64,000 nucleotides of DNA from NCBI GenBank assembly GCA_963761305.1, contig CAVXGK010000001.1, forward strand, positions 1,024,001 to 1,088,000, written 5' to 3'. The translations under genes and the position numbers were made by a program. Numbering within the stretch: the stretch's first letter is position 1; each line of letters opens with the position of its first letter. The notes below the pieces were generated by a model that saw only the letters and a list, made by a program, of their open reading frames with translations, was not told the DNA's origin and did no database searches. Below are positions 58,832-64,000 of this stretch, one piece after another. The DNA comes from an uncultured Gemmatimonadaceae bacterium (lineage in GTDB: Bacteria; Gemmatimonadota; Gemmatimonadetes; Gemmatimonadales; Gemmatimonadaceae).

Positions 58832-59350
58832 TGACGCGCGCCGAGGCCTGGCGGCCCATGCCGGAGACGCCGGTTTTTGGGAGGGGGACGTTGGCTCCTT
58901 CTTCTTGCCCGCCTTTTCGCGCGGTACGTCAAAGCCAGCCTCGAGCAGCGCGCCGCGGAAGACGCGATGCGCGTGGGTCATGTGTTTGGCGACCATCTTG
59001 ACCGAGATGCCCAGGTGTTGGGCCGCTTCGGCGTAGGACCGTCCGTCCTCCCGCACGGCCACGAATGCCGCGGCGCACGGCGGCGGCAGCAACGCCAATG
59101 TGTTGTCGTACAGTGCCGTGCACTCGCGCTCCATCCACTGCGCCTCCGGGTCCATCCACGTGTGCACGCTCGCCTCGCGTTCACGCATGTACTCGGCGTC
59201 GCGTTCGGCGGCGCGCCGCTCGCGCCGCCGGAGATCGATCATCGTTCGCTTCACGAGCACGGCGACGTAGGCCTCGAGCTCCGATTTGTCTCGCGGCTTT
59301 CGTCCAACCCTCCTGTCCTGCGGTTCAGTCAATGCATCCTCCCTTGTCAA
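58817..59350 (-). CDS. ECF sigma-70 factor-like protein with intact region 4 and truncated region 2 (possible pseudogene)
   Basis: LPP.C..AF..VREDG.SY.E.A..LGISVKMV.KH..RA region 4; only the end of region 2 (Y...V....ID.RR). Likely TTG start at 59332 after GGGAGG. Confidence 0.7.
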   Translation of the reverse strand: MTREDALTEPQDRRVGRKPRDKSELEAYVAVLVKRTMIDLRRRERRAAERDAEYMREREASVHTWMDPEAQWMERECTALYDNTLALLPPPCAAAFVAVREDGRSYAEAAQHLGISVKMVAKHMTHAHRVFRGALLEAGFDVPREKAGKKKEPTSPSQKPASPAWAARPRRASALRP

Positions 59351-59402
59351 TGAGTGCGTGTATTTCGCGTGGGCGGCGCCCGCGCGGAGCCGGCGACGCC
59401 GA

Positions 59403-59585
59403 CCCCCCTACTTATGAATCGCCACGGGTCGCGATTCACTACCGCAACAAAACGTTGCAGTCGGCGAAAAACGCCCATTCGGGCGGTAAAGTGGGATGCG
59501 AGCGTCATGCGGGCGTCATGTGTGGTCGCCCAACGAAGATTCTTGGTAGTAAATCGCTGACCGCGGCGATTAATAAGTAGGGGGG
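59403..59585. repeat. 183-bp element bounded by 41-bp imperfect inverted repeats
   Basis: CCCCCCTACTTATGAATCGCC...CACTACC at 59403-59443 versus GGTAGT...GGCGATTAATAAGTAGGGGGG at 59545-59585. Confidence 0.85.
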
Positions 59586-59905
59586 CGCGAGACGGCGACA
59601 TTGCGTCGCGCCGGTCGCCGAAACCCTTCGCGCACTCGACGGCGCACATGCCGCTGGCGGACGTGAATTCGGTCGCGTCTCGCGCGCATCTCCGCCAACC
59701 GCGATTCAATTCGGCATAAGCCCTGAGCAAATCGCGTTCGCCCCGGGGGCACGCAGGTCCGGACCGCTAAGCGCGCGCCGCAGCCGACGTTTCAACCCGA
59801 TGAACGCGGCCATGGCTCAGCGAGTCGAGAATCACACGCGCGCCGCCCGACTTCACATCTCTCAAAGCGCTGTTCACTCGTGGCGCGACCGCGAATTACT
59901 CGGCC

Positions 59906-60178
59906 TTGTCCGCGGTTCACTTCGCGTTGTCCGCGGTTCACTTCGCATTGTCCGCGATTCATTTCGCAACATCCGCGATTCACTGCGCACGATCCCGCCA
60001 TCACCTGACCACGGACCGGATGGTGACGATCGCGGACCGCATCAGGATTGCCACGGACCGAATTACGACGATCGCAGACCGCATCGCGATTGCAACGGAC
60101 CGGATGATGACGATGGCGGACCGCAGTGCGATTGCAACGGACCGGACGATGGCGATCGCGGACCGCATCGCGGTCGCC
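59906..60178. repeat. Two adjacent tandem arrays: 21-bp units (about 4) then 42-bp units (4)
   Basis: TTGTCCGCGGTTCACTTCGCG repeats from 59906; ACGGACCGGATGGTGACGATCGCGGACCGCATCAGGATTGCC-like units from 60011. Confidence 0.9.
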
Positions 60179-60375
60179 GGTCCCCGGATGAAATTGCGTT
60201 CGACCCGCGCGCAGTTCGCTTCAGACCGACTGACTTCCGTTTCACCCGACTCAAACGGGACTCGAGACCTCTCGCCGTCCCGCACGACGTTCGGCGCGAC
60301 ACCTCGCGCCGAACTTGCGCCCGGCACATCCCGTGTCACGGGCGCTCTTCCCTCTCTCCCAAAGGAGAAACCGCA

Positions 60376-61164
60376 GTGAAAGCTTCCCATGCATCGACCC
60401 TGAACACGCTGTCCCGAGTGCAGCGGTTCCTGGACCTCAACGGCTCGTCACTCGGCGACATCAACGCGTCGGGCTATCGCAAGATTCTCGACGACGTCAT
60501 CGACAAGTTGAGCGCCCACGCCGCCGACCAGACGACGACCAAGCGGGCGGCGGCCGCGGAGGCGGCGAAGGAGCGCGTGCTTCGGAACGCGCTCAAGCTG
60601 AATCACATGCGGCCGATCGCGACGGTCGCTGGCGCGCAGTTGCGTCAGGTCCCCGACTTTGCGGCACTCAAGATGCCGCCGAAGAATGCGACGTCGCGAA
60701 CGCTCATCACGTACGCGGCGGCGATGAAAACGGCGGCCAGCGAGTACGCGGGCGCGTTCGTCGGCGCCGGTCTGCCGGCGGACTTCATCGATGAGCTGCA
60801 AGCAGCCGCCGACGCGCTGAGCAACTCGTTGACGAGCCGCACCTCGAACGGCGCCGCGCAACGCGGCGCGACCGTCGGCCTCGACGCCGAGGCGACGCGT
60901 GGCCGGCAGGCGGTGAAGGTGCTCGACTCGCTGGTCGAGCCGCTCATTCAGGGCAACCTAGCGTTGCTCGGCCAATGGACCGCGGCGAAGCGGTTCGGTG
61001 GCAGGGTGAGTTCGCCCACGAGCACGTCGATCGATGCCGCAGCGAGAGGGCCGGCGACGGCGGTGTCGGGTCCGAGTGGCGAGTCGGCTCAGCTAACGAC
61101 CGCGACGGCCGAGCCGGCGCCTGGCCCGGTCGGTTCCAGCGTGGCCGCTAGTCCGGCTGCGTAG
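60376..61164 (+). CDS. Hypothetical all-helical protein with low-complexity tail
   Basis: AAGGAG RBS and GTG start; L..LSRVQRFLD.N, HMRPI..VA, FVGAGLPADF..EL..A, LD.LV, W..A. Confidence 0.8.
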   Translation: MKASHASTLNTLSRVQRFLDLNGSSLGDINASGYRKILDDVIDKLSAHAADQTTTKRAAAAEAAKERVLRNALKLNHMRPIATVAGAQLRQVPDFAALKMPPKNATSRTLITYAAAMKTAASEYAGAFVGAGLPADFIDELQAAADALSNSLTSRTSNGAAQRGATVGLDAEATRGRQAVKVLDSLVEPLIQGNLALLGQWTAAKRFGGRVSSPTSTSIDAAARGPATAVSGPSGESAQLTTATAEPAPGPVGSSVAASPAA

Positions 61165-61172
61165 ACCCTATC

Positions 61173-61200
61173 GGCGAGGAGCCGCTTCCGGCTCCTCGCC
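61173..61200 (+). terminator. 12-bp hairpin after the hypothetical gene
   Basis: GGCGAGGAGCCG-cttc-CGGCTCCTCGCC, 8 bp after the stop; no U tract. Confidence 0.55.
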
Positions 61201-61391
61201 AGCCATTCGGGCCTCTGTATCGGGTTCTAAACTGACGGTCCGCACCAGCACAAGAGTTGGCCCCGGAATAGCGGGTCGTGCCAGATTCTTCCGCCGCGCG
61301 TCTTGAACCGGATCCCTGGCAGGATGTGGCTCGCCGACCCGAATTCAGTAACAAATCGTTCTGCGAAACCGCTACTCCGGAGGAAGCCGAG

Positions 61392-61823
61392 ATGAAGAGT
61401 TCATATTGGATGGCAATGGGTGCGGCGCTGTCTGGCCTCGTGGCGTTCGCCAACCCGAAGGCCGCCAGAAACGCCGACAGCCCGTGCTACGCGTCCGACT
61501 CTTACTCTGACGACCAGATCGCGGAACTGCGGACGATTGTCGCCGGTCCTGATTCCACAAGCAATCGGTGGCGGCAGATTGTTCATTTGCCGGCGGTAGC
61601 GCCGTCAGCCGTGGCCCTGGTTTCAGAGTCTGCGAGTTGCGCGAGTGCGTTGACCACATTCAACAGCGCAACGCAGTACGACAACGGACCGGCGGTGAAG
61701 CTTTACTTGTTCAGTGTTGGCAACGTGTACGTAGGCGCGAATCCGCATTTCCCCTCAGGCGAGTCGGTCCAGCACGTTGTCATGGACAGCACCTTCGCGT
61801 TTCTCGGCAACTACCTCAAGTAA
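61392..61823 (+). CDS. Small secreted hypothetical protein with two cysteines
   Basis: GGAGG RBS; signal-peptide-like N-terminus; visibly more A/T-ending codons than neighbouring genes. Confidence 0.65.
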   Translation: MKSSYWMAMGAALSGLVAFANPKAARNADSPCYASDSYSDDQIAELRTIVAGPDSTSNRWRQIVHLPAVAPSAVALVSESASCASALTTFNSATQYDNGPAVKLYLFSVGNVYVGANPHFPSGESVQHVVMDSTFAFLGNYLK

Positions 61824-62039
61824 GTGGGGGATATGCGGTCGGGGCGTCGATGCCACAATCGGATGCCGGCGAGCGCGCCGGCGACGTCGGTGTCGAACCC
61901 GAGTGGCGAGTTAGCTACTCAGCCGGGACGGAGCCAGGGCCTGGCTCAGGCAGTCCAGGCGCGGCCGGTAGTCCGGTTTCGTAGGCGTGTGGCGGGGAAG
62001 CCGCCTCCGCTCCTCGCCGCCACGCAGTTGTCGATCGGC

Positions 62040-62191
62040 AGGCGTTGAACCGGCACGCCGTTCACCATGTTGAAGATCGCGGTGGCGGCGCCGATGCCGA
62101 TCGCGAGGGTGACGATCGCCGTGAGAGAGAACGCGGACGACTTGGCGAGGGTGCACACAGTGTACGCATCTTGGATCAGGTTCACGGACAT
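62040..62191 (-). pseudogene. Remnant of an ADOP permease 5' end
   Basis: LIQDA...TLAKSSAFSLTAIVTLAIGIGAATAIFNMVNGV...LP matches the ADOP N-terminus, then similarity ends. Confidence 0.8.
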
Positions 62192-62523
62192 ATTTACGCA
62201 CGCGGAACGCGCCCCCGTCCCCACACCTGTGGGCAGGAAGACGCTAAAGCCCCGAGCCGGCTCTACGGAATGATGTCTCGGCTGATGGCGCGGTCGATCG
62301 CATACGCCGCTACTGGGTAGTCGTACAAGGCGTGCTAACACCCTCTCGCTTGTCCGATTCTGGAACAAGAATCCCACGAGCGGGCAGCGGTTCTCGCGGC
62401 GAGAAGTCACATGGCGTGCCCAAACGCCTTGCGATACGTATGGTTGACGTGCGGTCGCGAGCGGCACGCTTCTTACCCATGTCGCGCGCGACTCCAACTG
62501 ATCGCGCAACCTCGAGACGTCTC

Positions 62524-64000
62524 ATGCTGGACGACCTCCGACTCGCCGCCCGCAGTCTCCTCCGCGCCCGAGGCCTCGCCACGGCCGCGGTGCTCTGTCT
62601 CGCCCTCGGCATCGGCGGCACGACGATCGTCTACAGCGTCACCTCCGCCCTCGTGCTCCACCCGGTGCCGGCGACGGATCCAACGGGCCTCGTCATGGTC
62701 GGCGAAGTGCCGCCATCGCGCCCGGGTCCCGACGACGCCGAGATGGCGCCCGCGAACTACGTCGACCTCGCGACGCGGAATCGCAGCTTCAGCGAGCTCG
62801 CGGCGTTCAACAACCTCGACGCAAACCTCACCGGCATCGATGAGCCCGAGCGCGTCGCCGGGTTTCGCGTCACGCCGAGCTACTTCCATCTGCTCGGCGT
62901 CCGTCCCACGATGGGCCGCCCGTTCACCGACGCCGACGCGCGCTACACGGAGTCGCCCAACGTCATCATCATCAGCAACGGACTCTGGCACCGCCGCTTC
63001 GGCGCCGACACCGGAGTCGTCGGGCGCGTCGTGCGAATCAACGACGTGCCGCGCACGATCGTCGGCGTGATGCCCGCCGGCTTCGTCTTCCCGCCCGGCG
63101 CCGAGCTGTGGTCGCCGCTGTCGCTCGCCGGCGACTACGGGCGCGAGCGCGACGGGCGGTTCCTGCGCGGCGTGCTGGCCCGGCTCAAACCGGGGGTGTC
63201 GCTCGCGCGCGCCAGTGCCGACGTCCACGGGATCATGCAACAACTGCAACGCGAGTATCCTCAGGACGACGGCAAGTGGGACATGCGCGTCGAAGACGCG
63301 AACGCGTTTTACGGACAGCATACGCGCCCCTTCATGCTCGCCCAGCTCGCCGCGGTGGCGCTCGTCCTCCTCATCGCCTGCGCGAACGTCGCCAACCTGC
63401 TCCTCGCTCGCGCCACGACCCGCACCCGTGAAGTCGCCGTCCGCGTCGCGCTCGGCGCGTCACGCGGACGCGTCGTGCGCCTGCAGCTCGCCGAATCGCT
63501 GATGCTCGCGCTCGCGGGCGGAGTGCTCGGTACCCTGATGGCCGTCTGGGGAATCGAGGCGGTGCGCGCCATGCTCCCCGCCGAACAGGCGAGATTCAAT
63601 CCCGGTTGGACCGCCATGGAACTGAGCGCCGGTGCGCTTGCCTTCACCGCCGCCATCTCATTTGTCACGGCGATGCTCGTCGGGCTGGCGCCGGCGTTCG
63701 TCGCCAGCGGCACGGATCCGCGGCAAGCGCTCGCCGAAGGTGGACGCAGCGCGTCGCAGGGCCGCTCGCGTCACCGGCTTCGCGGACTGCTCGTCAGCGG
63801 CGAGATGGCCTTGGCACTCACGATGCTCGCCGGCACGATCGTGACCGTCCGCGGTTTCGTCGCGCTCGCCGACGAAGCGCCGGGCTACCGCGTGGACCAC
63901 GCGCTCACGATGCAACTCACCGCGCCCATCGCGCGATACCGGTCGACGGCCGACGCCGAGGCCATGTACGCAGGTGTGCTCGCCGCCGTGCGGGCCGAGC
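62524..64000 (+). CDS. ADOP-family ABC permease without prefix domain; runs off the window end
   Basis: Not in the ORF track. Manual translation gives [17 protein letters not shown]...[11 protein letters not shown]...[26 protein letters not shown]. Confidence 0.92.
   Translation, partial: MLDDLRLAARSLLRARGLATAAVLCLALGIGGTTIVYSVTSALVLHPVPATDPTGLVMVGEVPPSRPGPDDAEMAPANYVDLATRNRSFSELAAFNNLDANLTGIDEPERVAGFRVTPSYFHLLGVRPTMGRPFTDADARYTESPNVIIISNGLWHRRFGADTGVVGRVVRINDVPRTIVGVMPAGFVFPPGAELWSPLSLAGDYGRERDGRFLRGVLARLKPGVSLARASADVHGIMQQLQREYPQDDGKWDMRVEDANAFYGQHTRPFMLAQLAAVALVLLIACANVANLLLARATTRTREVAVRVALGASRGRVVRLQLAESLMLALAGGVLGTLMAVWGIEAVRAMLPAEQARFNPGWTAMELSAGALAFTAAISFVTAMLVGLAPAFVASGTDPRQALAEGGRSASQGRSRHRLRGLLVSGEMALALTMLAGTIVTVRGFVALADEAPGYRVDHALTMQLTAPIARYRSTADAEAMYAGVLAAVRAE

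Noticed and set aside
59906..60178. Possible CRISPR array
   Set aside because: The units are contiguous and degenerate, with no unique spacers and no cas genes.
1..64000. tRNA, rRNA, known riboswitches, transposases
   Set aside because: None were recognised by eye. An Infernal/tRNAscan-SE run would be needed to exclude them formally.

Overview
Very GC-rich bacterial chromosomal DNA. The gene content (PadR/orphan-permease pairs, SusC/SusD, carboxypeptidase-regulatory-domain proteins, many secreted peptidases) resembles Gemmatimonadota or Acidobacteriota; this is an inference. About 48 genes are supportable. No rRNA, tRNA, CRISPR array, transposase or integrase was seen. Main blocks: (1) Six ADOP-type orphan ABC permeases plus one remnant and four PadR regulators. 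Each PadR has its own upstream palindrome, and only the PadR-linked permeases carry an N-terminal helical prefix domain. (2) A 21.5-45.3 kb catabolic locus around a GntR regulator. It joins an NSAR/OSBS racemase and a COG3375 GNAT with an APC permease, SusC/SusD, two beta-lactamase-fold hydrolases, M23, S9 and tricorn peptidases, a D-aminoacylase and a CocE/NonD hydrolase. It is best read as a D-amino-acid-peptide or peptidoglycan utilization locus and is the top candidate for an undescribed system. (3) A cold-shock operon, csp-desaturase-rpsU-infA-hypothetical, with a structured leader. (4) An accessory stretch at 57.8-62.2 kb: tonB between direct repeats, an N-terminally short ECF sigma factor, a 41-bp inverted-repeat element, 21/42-bp tandem arrays and a helical hypothetical protein. 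Four related 120-270 bp palindromic elements lie in intergenic spaces. Several ORF-track starts were corrected using stop/start overlaps and RBS positions. All functional calls come from motif recognition by eye, not database searches.
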